DNA from: Pseudomonadota bacterium
Lineage (GTDB): Bacteria; Pseudomonadota; Alphaproteobacteria; RF32; CAG-239
DNA: 64,000 nt
Reading direction: 5' to 3'
Assembly: GCA_918234285.1 (NCBI GenBank)
Contig: CAKJXZ020000010.1
Span: forward strand, 1-64,000
A program made the translations under genes and the position numbers. Below, in pieces: positions 8,756 to 18,159 of this stretch (positions are counted from its first letter, which is position 1; each line of letters opens with the position of its first letter). The notes beneath the pieces are model-generated. The model searched no databases, was not told where the DNA came from, and saw only the letters and a list, made by a program, of their open reading frames with translations.

Positions 8756-10000
8756 TTATTTTTGCTGATTCTGTTCCACAAGAAGTTGATGGATATGTTT
8801 GGCGATTTTTTTACCTTGTTCCGCTCCCGCTTGGCATGCCTGCTCAAAAATTTGCAAATCTTCCCGATAAGTTTTAGTACCGATAACCAATTCCCGCACG
8901 GTAAGCGCCGGCAACAAACTTTGTTGTCCCGATTGTTCTTGCGAGTGCAGAAGGGCATTGGCCAGAGCATTCGTCATCAGCTTAAACATAACTTTGGAAT
9001 CCTCGGTTTCACCGGCACCTGTATTATTATGTTCTCGGCTCTCAATCTCGTTTCTGCTTGGGAAATATACCCCATCCGAGCCCAAGGTCATTATATCGTC
9101 GTAATTGCTTTTTTGTTTGATAACAAATACGTTACCCTGTCTGTCCGGATAAAAAGACAGCTTAAAATCAAACGGTTCATTCTCTGATGTTTGTTTTTGC
9201 AACAAATGAGTATCAACCCAATGCGAACGGTCATCACCCATACGAATTGAGGCATAAACCGCGGCGTTATTATAGTTCTCCTCAAGAGCCGTGTCATTAA
9301 GAGATTTGAACGACACCATATTCATTTTGGAAACACCTAAAGGACAAGCCGGAGCGTAAGCAACTACGGTTATTTGTTGTTGCACTTTGAGAATGTCGCC
9401 CGTATCATAACCTAATTTTTTCATTTTGTCGCGCATGACTTCTTCTAATTTCAGTGCGGTATATGCGCCGTGACAGTGAGCAAAAATAACTACTTCGGCC
9501 ATATTTTTTGCCGCCGTTTCAGCATCTATTTTAACTTTGCCGTTCAAGCGCGAAATGCGCGGAGCGATGATTTTTTCGTATAGCGAATCGATGTATTCCG
9601 GATTTTGTTCTTCTGCCGAAAAGCCGTCTTTTCCGCGACTGACTTCTTCCGACATATTGGTTCTACCGTGTTTTTTATACAGCAAAATGCGGGCATCTTC
9701 ATCACTAAAGTCTTTTGGAGTACTGTAACAGACCACATAAAAAGGAGTTTTTTTAATCATAGCGTCGTCGACATTACCGATTTTGAGGTATTTTTTCAAT
9801 TTTCCGGCCATTTGCAGAACGCCTTTATCGAGCATATATCCCAAATCATGCGGATTAAAGCCGTTGCCCGGAAAAGCAATCATAACCGACCCGTGCGAAA
9901 CTGCCTGTTCGGTTTTGTGCATAACCCCCTGCATTTCGTCATTATCAAACGAAACTTCGTATAAGGTGGCGGCGGTTTTGGCTGAATCGGTATTTGTCAT
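8756..10000 (-). CDS. Hypothetical protein, possible alpha/beta-hydrolase fold
   Basis: FPGNG, AHCHG (nucleophile-elbow-like with Cys), VVAYAPA; last gene of a four-gene operon. Confidence 0.6.
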   Translation of the reverse strand: MTNTDSAKTAATLYEVSFDNDEMQGVMHKTEQAVSHGSVMIAFPGNGFNPHDLGYMLDKGVLQMAGKLKKYLKIGNVDDAMIKKTPFYVVCYSTPKDFSDEDARILLYKKHGRTNMSEEVSRGKDGFSAEEQNPEYIDSLYEKIIAPRISRLNGKVKIDAETAAKNMAEVVIFAHCHGAYTALKLEEVMRDKMKKLGYDTGDILKVQQQITVVAYAPACPLGVSKMNMVSFKSLNDTALEENYNNAAVYASIRMGDDRSHWVDTHLLQKQTSENEPFDFKLSFYPDRQGNVFVIKQKSNYDDIMTLGSDGVYFPSRNEIESREHNNTGAGETEDSKVMFKLMTNALANALLHSQEQSGQQSLLPALTVRELVIGTKTYREDLQIFEQACQAGAEQGKKIAKHIHQLLVEQNQQK

Positions 10001-10012
10001 CTGCTTTTCTCC

Positions 10013-11047
10013 TTATTCGCGTTCTTCTGTCTGTTTCTGTTTTTTAAATGCCGCATAGCCGGCTTTGAATTTAGCCGCTTTCCGCTCTTTTTCCTCATGC
10101 TTTTTTTGGCGGATTTTATGGGCGGATAACTCGCTTTGGTATTTTGCGCTTTTAGTTAAGTTTTTATAATTGATATAATATTCGCCGTCTTCATTAATAA
10201 ATTTCATACAATTGTATTCTTCCATTAATTTCTTATCGCAATATATTTTTTTATTTTTAGATATTTCCGGTATTTCAAACAAAGAGGATAAGGCATCATG
10301 ACCTTTGCACAAAAAATCTCCGCCGACTTTTTGCGGTGCTCCTTTTAATGAAGTCAGTTGATTATAGTCGCAATCAAAATTTCCGCCAACTTCTTGCGGC
10401 GCTCCCTCCAAGGATGTCAGAAGATTTTTGTAGCAATCAAAATTTCTACCGACTTTTTGTGGTGCCCCTTCTAAAGAGGTTAATTTGTTATTACCACAGA
10501 TAAAATCTCCACCAACTTCTTGCGGCGCTCCGACTAAGGTAGTCAGTTTATTGCCGCTGCAATAAAAATTTCCGCCGACTTTTCGCGGTGCACCTTCTAA
10601 GGTGGTCAGTTGATTATAACCGCAGTAAAAAGTTCCCCCGATTTCCTTAGGAGTTCCCACTAGCGACGTCAGTTGATTACAGCTGCAACTAAAATCTCCA
10701 CCAACTTCTTGCGGCGCACCTTGTAAAATAGTCAGCGTATTATAGTCGCATATAAAATCTCCGCCGACTTTTCGCGGTGCACCTTTCAGAGAGGTAAGTT
10801 GATTATGGCTACAATTAAAATCGCCCTCCACTGTAACCTTTGATAAATCCGGCAATTCGGTCAGGTCTTTTTCACTCAAGTCTAAGTTTCCCTTAATCAC
10901 AAAATCGTCCGGTAAATTGGTAAGAATATAATCTTTCCCGCCTTGTGCGAGATGAAATACCCCGTCCACTTTCCGCAGCGTGCATTCTTCCGTTTTTCCG
11001 CCGCCGATTATTTTATCTTTAAATTGCTTTATCAAATTTTTCAGCAT
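10013..11047 (-). CDS. LRR-like repeat protein (8 full 21-aa repeats) with KAGY...ERE tag
   Basis: LTSLxGAPxxVGGxFxCxxN tandem repeats with 63-bp period. Confidence 0.9.
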   Translation of the reverse strand: MLKNLIKQFKDKIIGGGKTEECTLRKVDGVFHLAQGGKDYILTNLPDDFVIKGNLDLSEKDLTELPDLSKVTVEGDFNCSHNQLTSLKGAPRKVGGDFICDYNTLTILQGAPQEVGGDFSCSCNQLTSLVGTPKEIGGTFYCGYNQLTTLEGAPRKVGGNFYCSGNKLTTLVGAPQEVGGDFICGNNKLTSLEGAPQKVGRNFDCYKNLLTSLEGAPQEVGGNFDCDYNQLTSLKGAPQKVGGDFLCKGHDALSSLFEIPEISKNKKIYCDKKLMEEYNCMKFINEDGEYYINYKNLTKSAKYQSELSAHKIRQKKHEEKERKAAKFKAGYAAFKKQKQTEERE

Positions 11048-11059
11048 AATTTAATCTCC

Positions 11060-11620
11060 TCATTCTCGCTCTTGCGGGTGTCGTTTTTTGAATGATTCAT
11101 AGCCGGCTTTTAATTTAGCCTGTCTTTCTTTATCCCTTTTTTCGCGTTCCGAAATTACTTGGCGGAGTTTTTTGATTTTATTTTCGCTTGCCTTATTCAT
11201 AACGGCTGTTTCTTCTTCGGAACGACGAATTAACGCGCCCCAGCGGTTGTCTTTTTTTTCTAACTTCTTATAAAAATCAAAATACTCGTCAATCGTCATA
11301 ACAATTTGTTTGCCTTTATCGTCTGTCCACGGATGGTCATCCCCCCTGAAGCCCATGCCCATATCATAAAATTTTTCAAATTTCATCATTTCAAAACCCA
11401 AAAGCTCGCCGTTTTCCATAATCGGCAGGCCGTAATAAAACTCACGCACATCTCCGCGCCAAGTTACGCTGTAATTGGTTTTTTCGCATCCTTCTTTTTC
11501 AAAGCTGTCGACCAAACGCTGCTTTTCTTCTTCATAATATTCTTTTCTGGCTTCTGCCATTTCTTTATCGCTGAATTCTTCCGACATGGTGTACTCCCGT
11601 TTATAATCGTTATCCGTCAT
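11060..11620 (-). CDS. Hypothetical protein with KAGY...ERE tag
   Basis: 186-aa ORF overlapping the upstream gene; ends LKAGYESFKKRHPQERE. Confidence 0.8.
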   Translation of the reverse strand: MTDNDYKREYTMSEEFSDKEMAEARKEYYEEEKQRLVDSFEKEGCEKTNYSVTWRGDVREFYYGLPIMENGELLGFEMMKFEKFYDMGMGFRGDDHPWTDDKGKQIVMTIDEYFDFYKKLEKKDNRWGALIRRSEEETAVMNKASENKIKKLRQVISEREKRDKERQAKLKAGYESFKKRHPQERE

Positions 11621-13121
11621 TTTGGGTTATTTTGTGCCTTAGAGCGGCAATTTCCAAAGTTGTTTGTTTAACCGGCTCTCGGTTTGTTTTCGGGCTCGGA
11701 GCTTCTTTGGTGCGGTTTTTCAAGTCGTTGATTTTGTTTTGCATTTCTATTTTTGCAATCGCCGGCTCCAAATATTTTGCCGAATATGCTTTGCGAATCT
11801 CCGTCGCTGTTTTCGGGTCATAATCGGCATAAACCCGATTTTCCGACGGCTTTTCGTTCTTTTCTCTGAAACCGAGAACACGCCCTTCGTCAACACCTAA
11901 AGTCAGAGCAACCTCCAGAGCATCTTTTCCGGAGCAATCAATATCCGGCTTATGCCCGACAACCTCGATATTTTCTCCGGTTTTATCCCAATAAGTCAGC
12001 TTGGTAACCGCAACCCGCATTTTGCCGCCCCAAGGGGTGTTGAACGTTCCTTGCGTGTATTGCTGCATTCCGGCCGTGTTTTCACCGATATACCTGACGT
12101 TGGGATGATGATAAAACGACGTATACGCGCTTTCGGCCGACGAACCGACGTCGCGATCAACGAGAATATCCGTTTTTCCCCGATAGCCTGTCGCTTCGTT
12201 AAACGGATAATATACCTCGGTTTCATCAAAAATTACTTTGTGTTCGCCGGAAAAATTTTGCCGCCGGATTAAATCTTCGGCCATTAAACCGACCGGCTCG
12301 TAATTTTGCGATTTATAGGCACCGTGTTTATGCAAAAAATAGTCGGAAAGCGGGGTGTCTTTTATTTCGCAACGTTTATAGGTATTCAGCATATTGCCGT
12401 ACAGGCGTTTGGCGATATGGTCTATCGGCTTATCTTCGCCGCCGCGGTTTCCCCGTACATCGATAATTATGCGTCCTTTATCCCATTTTTCTTTGTTTTC
12501 CAAATATACCTTATCAAATGTATCTATAAAATCCTTCCATCCTTCATACGTATTCGGACGGCACAAATTCGGAATACTGACAATCAAAACGTCTTCATCG
12601 CCGATTTTCATTGTGCCGACAGACCAGGTAGGGATTTTTTGCCCCTCGATTTCGGTGTATCCGTCGGCAACGGACTGATAGCCGTATGCGCCGTAATCCT
12701 TCTTGCGTTTGGCAAAGCTGAAATTGCTGCCGACGCTCGGTTTTTCCTTTGTTCCGCCGCCGTGAAACGTTTCTTTGCCGCTGCTTGCTTCAAAATGTCT
12801 GTCTTCAATATATTCCGCTGTTTTTTCAATCATTTCCCGCAAAAATTCCCCTTGTTTGCGGACGGAACTTATATCGGCATACATCTGCTCGATTGCCGAT
12901 TTAAATTTTGCCTGATTTTCTGCGCTGAAACTCTCAAAACTGACATGCTCACGGGCAGCTCTGGCATAAAAAGCCAAATAAAAACGCTGCTGTTCAGGGG
13001 TCAGCGGACGCAAATCGTTTTCTGCCGCTTGTGCTTTATCGGCGGACTGATACGGCTTCATCATTTCTTCATCGGAAATGCTGGCTGTAATTTGCTCAAA
13101 CGACAAACGCTTACCCGACAT
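11610..13121 (-). CDS. S41-family (C-terminal-processing-like) peptidase without signal peptide
   Basis: IIDVRGNRGG, VGSSAES, IGENTAG, G..PDI motifs. Confidence 0.8.
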   Translation of the reverse strand: MSGKRLSFEQITASISDEEMMKPYQSADKAQAAENDLRPLTPEQQRFYLAFYARAAREHVSFESFSAENQAKFKSAIEQMYADISSVRKQGEFLREMIEKTAEYIEDRHFEASSGKETFHGGGTKEKPSVGSNFSFAKRKKDYGAYGYQSVADGYTEIEGQKIPTWSVGTMKIGDEDVLIVSIPNLCRPNTYEGWKDFIDTFDKVYLENKEKWDKGRIIIDVRGNRGGEDKPIDHIAKRLYGNMLNTYKRCEIKDTPLSDYFLHKHGAYKSQNYEPVGLMAEDLIRRQNFSGEHKVIFDETEVYYPFNEATGYRGKTDILVDRDVGSSAESAYTSFYHHPNVRYIGENTAGMQQYTQGTFNTPWGGKMRVAVTKLTYWDKTGENIEVVGHKPDIDCSGKDALEVALTLGVDEGRVLGFREKNEKPSENRVYADYDPKTATEIRKAYSAKYLEPAIAKIEMQNKINDLKNRTKEAPSPKTNREPVKQTTLEIAALRHKITQNDG

Positions 13122-13434
13122 ACATTAACCCCTTTACGCCTCCGGATTATAACATGGTTTTATTCTATTTTATTTGGCCTATTTTGTCAAGTTTTTTATA
13201 ATATACGAATTCTATCTGTTATTACTGATAAAATGATATTCATTTTTTTAGCAAAAAATCAAACAGGGGGCTTGTGGAAAGCCGTTTGAAAAGTCACCCC
13301 TTCCGTGTTGACATCAGCTTTTATTTACTATAAAACTGTAAATGTTAATAACTCCATAAAAACGTGGAAAATCATTCAAGCACACGGAAAAACAGCATTA
13401 TCTCCATGCTTGATATTTTATAAGAGGACTGCAC

Positions 13435-13734
13435 ATGAAAAAACTTTTAATTTGTATCGGGCTTGCTCTGACGTTGTCTGCTTGCGGTAGCGACCACATT
13501 ATTCGTTTTGATTTTAATCCGCAACAAAATGAAAAAAACGAGCCGGATTATGAAGGCAGAAGTCATTTTTTCTTCTGGGGAATGTGGCAAAAGACGGATT
13601 ATAACATGACAAACGTATGCTATCCGCGAGGGGTCAAATCCATAGAGACCTATTGGACCTTCTATGATTCCTTTATGGGAGGTATGACTATGGGAATTTA
13701 CGCACCGGAAAGCTATTCCATTTATTGCAACTGA
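13435..13734 (+). CDS. Bor/Iss-family lipoprotein
   Basis: Lipobox LSAC; HFFFWG, internal Cys, T.GIY.P....YC pattern. Confidence 0.75.
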   Translation: MKKLLICIGLALTLSACGSDHIIRFDFNPQQNEKNEPDYEGRSHFFFWGMWQKTDYNMTNVCYPRGVKSIETYWTFYDSFMGGMTMGIYAPESYSIYCN

Positions 13735-13829
13735 TTTTGAGGTTTTTGTGGTATAACATCACGTTGTGGCTAAGGACAAAATCGTGCTTCGTTTTATCAA
13801 ATCTTTATTTTTTAAACCCAAAAAAACGC

Positions 13830-14116
13830 AAAAATAGTGTTTCTGTGCGTGATTTTTATAATGAATATGCTGAAAAAGAATTCACCAGAACAACAAAAAA
13901 TGCGGCAAATATGCTAGAATTTCAAACGACGGAGTTTTTTTATAAAAAATATTTGAAAATGGCATGAAAATATTGGATGCAGGCGGCGGACCAGGTCGAT
14001 ACACAATAGATTTAGCAAAACAAGGGTATCACATGACTTTGCTGGATATATCTGATAAAGAACTGGAATTAGCAAAAAGAAAAAATAAGGTTATTGGTGC
14101 AAATGTGTCAGATTAA
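13830..14116 (+). pseudogene. Class I SAM methyltransferase remnant
   Basis: VRDFYNEYAEKEF... frameshifts near 13955 into GMKILDAGGGPGRYTIDLAKQGYHMTLLDIS, then stops early; start coordinate approximate. Confidence 0.75.
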
Positions 14117-14135
14117 GGCCTTAATCTCAATTAAA

Positions 14136-14693
14136 TCAGCTCGAGAATTTCAAGTTCACTCCAGCCTTTAGAGTTTTTAAATCGGAGCGAAATTCGATAA
14201 TGAGAACAACCAGCCAAAACAGGAATATAATCGTTACAATATCATCGCACATGCGACTCTCGATAATGTCCGTAAGCGCAAAAATATAACCTTGTTCGGT
14301 TGTTACGAAAAGCATCGCAATTTCCCACGCAAACATGGAAAATCGCTTATCTATAATCGGAATTAAGCTATTGTTTTCATCATAAACAATCTTGCGAATG
14401 CGCTTTGTTTTGTACGATAGATGTTTTATTATGAAGACAAGGGTACAAATAATTATTTGCAATAAAATATTTACCCAAATCCATTCTTTTTCGCAAATAT
14501 TATTGGGAGTACCGGAAAAATCATAATCGTATTTAATCATGTTCGGAATAGAATCCCAAAACATATAATAAATTGCAATTTCTATAATCAGAACCGAAAA
14601 AACCAAAACGACGGATAAATCGATTCTGAATTTAATTCCCTTTAATGTAGTTCCGGATATAAGTAATTTTAAGAATTGTATAAGTGATGACAT
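14136..14693 (-). CDS. Membrane protein, DUF1648-like
   Basis: Four TM segments; IP..I...YDFSGTPN motif. Confidence 0.6.
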   Translation of the reverse strand: MSSLIQFLKLLISGTTLKGIKFRIDLSVVLVFSVLIIEIAIYYMFWDSIPNMIKYDYDFSGTPNNICEKEWIWVNILLQIIICTLVFIIKHLSYKTKRIRKIVYDENNSLIPIIDKRFSMFAWEIAMLFVTTEQGYIFALTDIIESRMCDDIVTIIFLFWLVVLIIEFRSDLKTLKAGVNLKFSS

Positions 14694-14726
14694 ATTTTCT
14701 CCTGTTTGATAAAATTTATGCGCATA

Positions 14727-15308
14727 CTATTGAAATGGTTTGAAAACGGATTTAAATTCTTCAAAAGTTATAACATTGTCATGGTTAGCGTCAATATTGC
14801 GAAATTGTTCACGACTGCTCGACGGCAAAGAAGTAAAATCAAAATTCAGATATTCGTCTTTTGATATTTTGTTGTCCTTATCCGCATCCATTGCCAGAAC
14901 ATATTTCGGACCGAAATCTTCAATGTAATTTCCCGTGAAAGTGTTTTTATAGTCTTCTGCCGCTAGATATCCGTCGGCGTCGTTATCCAAATACTCAAAA
15001 TATGCCGCCAAGTCTTCTTTATATTTTGCATCGTCAACCACTTCAAAAAACCAGTATTGTTGTTTTGTTAAATTACCGGTTTTTTGCAAAGCCAAACTTT
15101 CATATATATTTGAAAGATGTGCCCGATATCCGGTTTCGCCGTTGCCGATAACAAATTCTTTTTCGGTAATTTTCCCGTCCTGATTAAAATCGTATTGCAT
15201 CATCATCTGCTCGGCCGCGGATTGCGAAGAAGGCGGTAATGTGGTTTGTGCATACACATTTGTTGCAAACAAAAAGACGGCTAACATAAGATTTATCAGA
15301 GCAATCAT
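14727..15308 (-). CDS. Secreted multi-EF-hand protein
   Basis: Signal peptide; DFNQDGKITEKE, DNDADGYLAAED, DADKDNKISKDE, DANHDNVITFEE loops. Confidence 0.85.
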   Translation of the reverse strand: MIALINLMLAVFLFATNVYAQTTLPPSSQSAAEQMMMQYDFNQDGKITEKEFVIGNGETGYRAHLSNIYESLALQKTGNLTKQQYWFFEVVDDAKYKEDLAAYFEYLDNDADGYLAAEDYKNTFTGNYIEDFGPKYVLAMDADKDNKISKDEYLNFDFTSLPSSSREQFRNIDANHDNVITFEEFKSVFKPFQ

Positions 15309-15556
15309 TTTAATCCCTTTTTACGCTTTGCTCCATACAATACGACATAAGTCTTAATTTTCAATAAAATTCCGCTAATTATGGATACAAACGGTTGGGA
15401 TATAAATTTAACCTGCTTGACATAGCCAGATATAAATGCTCTTATGGTAGCCGAGAGGTGTCGCGATTTTTAAAAATCCCGACCATTTGTAAACAGAAGT
15501 AAATGCGCAAATTGCTGAAATTCTTAAATCAGTAATTTTTGTTAAGGAAAAAACAA

Positions 15557-16054
15557 ATGCCGTCATTACAGCAAATTAAGCCAAAACAATCGTCTCAAAC
15601 GTCGATTAAATCGAAAAATTCCAACATAAAGAAATATCTGAAAATAGCAGTAGGAATAGTAATTGCGGGGTTGGCGTATATGTATTATGTATCGGCGAAG
15701 GTTATTAATATTTCTGACGACGTGTATGCCATGCATGAAGAAAGTCATTTCAAAGAGTTATTTAATGATCCGTATAAAAAAGTTATTTGGTTTGGTGCTA
15801 ACTGTCCGGTAAGTCAATATAAAAAAAATGTTATAGATGCAGTGATGAAGCGGGCAGAATTCGATAAATATTATATACATCATCCGTTTTTGCAAGATTC
15901 TTTGCTTATTAAGCCTGCTGATAAATTAGGTTTTTTAATTATGGATAAATGCTCGGGATATATTTGTATTATTGTACCGTCATCGCATAAAATTATTCAA
16001 ACCACAGAAAAACATTTGATGCGAGATTTGGCTAAATATCGAGGTTTGCTCTAG
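15557..16054 (+). CDS. Membrane-anchored hypothetical protein, possibly thioredoxin-like
   Basis: AAGGA RBS; one TM helix; WFGANCP motif. Confidence 0.6.
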   Translation: MPSLQQIKPKQSSQTSIKSKNSNIKKYLKIAVGIVIAGLAYMYYVSAKVINISDDVYAMHEESHFKELFNDPYKKVIWFGANCPVSQYKKNVIDAVMKRAEFDKYYIHHPFLQDSLLIKPADKLGFLIMDKCSGYICIIVPSSHKIIQTTEKHLMRDLAKYRGLL

Positions 16055-16102
16055 GTAACTTACTCATTAGTTTTCTTTGTGAAAATTTATTTACTTTAAT
16101 TT

Positions 16103-16195
16103 ATTCTTACAGCCTCCGATTTAGGGCTTATCATCTATAAGAAAATTGGCTTTAAACCGATGGAAACTTTTTATGAATATAATATGAAGGTTTGA
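16103..16195 (+). pseudogene. GNAT acetyltransferase C-terminal remnant
   Basis: ILTASDLGLIIYKKIGFKPMETFYEY; no upstream start. Confidence 0.55.
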
Positions 16196-16301
16196 TGATG
16201 CGTTCCAATCATTAGGTTCCAAAGCGATGTCGGGATTTAAAAATTAAAACGCAAATAATGAAAAATGTTGTTTTTCCGGGTTATACAACTCATTGTTTTA
16301 T

Positions 16302-16408
16302 CGTCATACTGAGGGCAAAGCCCGATGTATCCAGTTGTTCCGGTAGAACGAACAACACCATGGTGTTGTTGGATTTTTCGTTTCGTTAGCACTTCATTCA
16401 GAATGACG
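16302..16408. repeat. CGTC-tagged palindromic REP-like element
   Basis: Ends cgtcatactga...tcagaatgacg form an imperfect inverted repeat with internal hairpins. Confidence 0.55.
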
Positions 16409-16437
16409 CACAGCTTTTTGTTTTACACAGGTCAAAT

Positions 16438-16468
16438 AAAAAAGGCCGGCATCAACCGGTCTTTTTTA
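16438..16468. terminator. Terminator hairpin, identical to 19639-19669
   Basis: aaaaaaggccggcatcaaccggtctttttta present at both sites. Confidence 0.75.
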
Positions 16469-16532
16469 ATTAATAGTGAGGAACAGTTTGCAAATATCGG
16501 ATTAATTTTTCTGATATTTTTATCTTACGGCT

Positions 16533-18131
16533 TTAGCGTCCTTCATTATGAATTTTAGCTGTTTCTGCAGCTGTTACGTTTGTTTTTTCTTTGTTTTCGG
16601 TTTTTCCCATAGCCGACTTTTCATTTCCGGATTTCGTTTCGTCAGATTTTTTTAATCTCTCTTTTATTTCATCCACTTTCTTATCTAAATTAACGGCGTC
16701 ATTATACGAGTTGCGATAAGTTGCCAGAGTTTGAAGCTTATCTTGACTGAACATATAGCCGCGTTGGTAATACATTGCGTTAATGATGGGAACTATCTTT
16801 ATATCAATAAATTCAGGTTTATTTTTACCTATTGTTACAAAAATATTTTCAATTGCCCGAACTTCTTTTTCTTCCATTCTTCTGGTGCTTAAAACAGATA
16901 ATAAACCATCTAAAACATCTTTTGCAAGATTTGGATTTTTTTCAACCATTTCATTAATTGTTTTCAAATACTTTTCGCCCGGAGCATTTACCTTGGGAGC
17001 CGTACGCTTGGCACCGGCAAACACTCCTTCCAGAATAATACCCATATGTTGCGGTTGAAGTTTTAAAACGGCATCTTGATAATTACCGAAAATGAACGGA
17101 TCTTTGCCGTCTTTCAAATCATTATTAAGCATTTCATTCAGAACAGTGGCAATATCTTTTGTTGCTTCTGGCTTCGTATCCAAATATTTATTAATTTTTT
17201 CCAAAACATTCCATTCGTTTCCGTTGCCGAAACGGGAAATATCTTTCAGTTCTTCTTTCATTGCGTCAAAGGCCGGCTTGACCAGGCTCGGTTTAATTTC
17301 TATGATGCTTTCATACAACTGTCCGCAAGAACTTACAACCGCAGTTTTATCGCCAACACCGTACGGATCATTTTCTTTCAGTTCATAAGTCGGGATATTT
17401 CCGGCACAAGATATAATTTTATCAGCCAAATCCGGCCTTGATGATAAAATTACTTTAAGACTAAAATATGCCCTTGGTATAGCCCAAGAATCGTTATTAG
17501 GCAACTTGAGTGCTTTATCAAAAATTTCGATGATTTTTTCAGAGGCAGCGGGATTATGTTTAGCAATATCTGCAAGCAACATATAACAAAACCTCAAACT
17601 TCTGTCATTGTCTTGTCCTTTTTGCACGCATTTTTCAATTAAATCCAAAAGTTCGGGATCTTTTGCTAAGGCAGGTTTGTCTTTTATAGAAGAGCTCAAA
17701 CCATAAAGATATAAGGTTTCAAGCGAAAAACCATCATTTTTTTCTGACTTTAAGCCGTCTTTCAAAATTGCAAAAGTGTCGTCAGTACAAAACGGCCATT
17801 TCTGTTTTAAGGAGTTACATGAAGAATAGATAGAGTGCAGTGTATATGGAGTATTATCAGGCGAAGCGACTTCATTTTTATAAATATTGCATATCTTTCT
17901 GACGGTATTTTCATCAAATGAAGATAAACCAAAACTAAAGCCAAAAAATTTTCCCGACTTTCTCCCTGCTTCTAAAGTAAGCGGTACAACTTTATCTATC
18001 ATATCAGGATAGGTATCAATAATTGTTTGCAGAGAAGTACTGTCAAAATTATGGTCTTCTTTAGATTGTCCGTTAATAAAAAGATTTTCAAATTTTTCGA
18101 TTTTTTTAAGAGCTTCCTGGCGTGTCATCAT
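16533..18131 (-). CDS. Alpha-helical (HEAT/ARM-like) repeat hypothetical protein
   Basis: Roughly 40-aa repeats (ND..SL...Y..L..I....P); charged tail ending NEGR. Confidence 0.7.
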   Translation of the reverse strand: MMTRQEALKKIEKFENLFINGQSKEDHNFDSTSLQTIIDTYPDMIDKVVPLTLEAGRKSGKFFGFSFGLSSFDENTVRKICNIYKNEVASPDNTPYTLHSIYSSCNSLKQKWPFCTDDTFAILKDGLKSEKNDGFSLETLYLYGLSSSIKDKPALAKDPELLDLIEKCVQKGQDNDRSLRFCYMLLADIAKHNPAASEKIIEIFDKALKLPNNDSWAIPRAYFSLKVILSSRPDLADKIISCAGNIPTYELKENDPYGVGDKTAVVSSCGQLYESIIEIKPSLVKPAFDAMKEELKDISRFGNGNEWNVLEKINKYLDTKPEATKDIATVLNEMLNNDLKDGKDPFIFGNYQDAVLKLQPQHMGIILEGVFAGAKRTAPKVNAPGEKYLKTINEMVEKNPNLAKDVLDGLLSVLSTRRMEEKEVRAIENIFVTIGKNKPEFIDIKIVPIINAMYYQRGYMFSQDKLQTLATYRNSYNDAVNLDKKVDEIKERLKKSDETKSGNEKSAMGKTENKEKTNVTAAETAKIHNEGR

Positions 18132-18159
18132 ATCAAAAATTCTCCTATAAAGAATTATA

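Noticed and set aside
10310-10830. LRR repeat array as a CRISPR array or DGR template/variable pair
   Set aside because: In-frame coding repeats without unique spacers; no cas or reverse transcriptase gene in the window; differences are not adenine-specific.
1-11047. Invertible (shufflon-like) segment between the inverted LRR paralogs
   Set aside because: Tails are diverged at the DNA level and no recombinase or exact inverted site is visible; kept only as a test under the LRR finding.
12306-13289. 327-aa plus-strand ORF
   Set aside because: Antisense shadow of the S41 peptidase with no motifs.
13830-16300. Integron cassette array
   Set aside because: No integrase, mixed gene orientations and no recurring attC-like sites seen.
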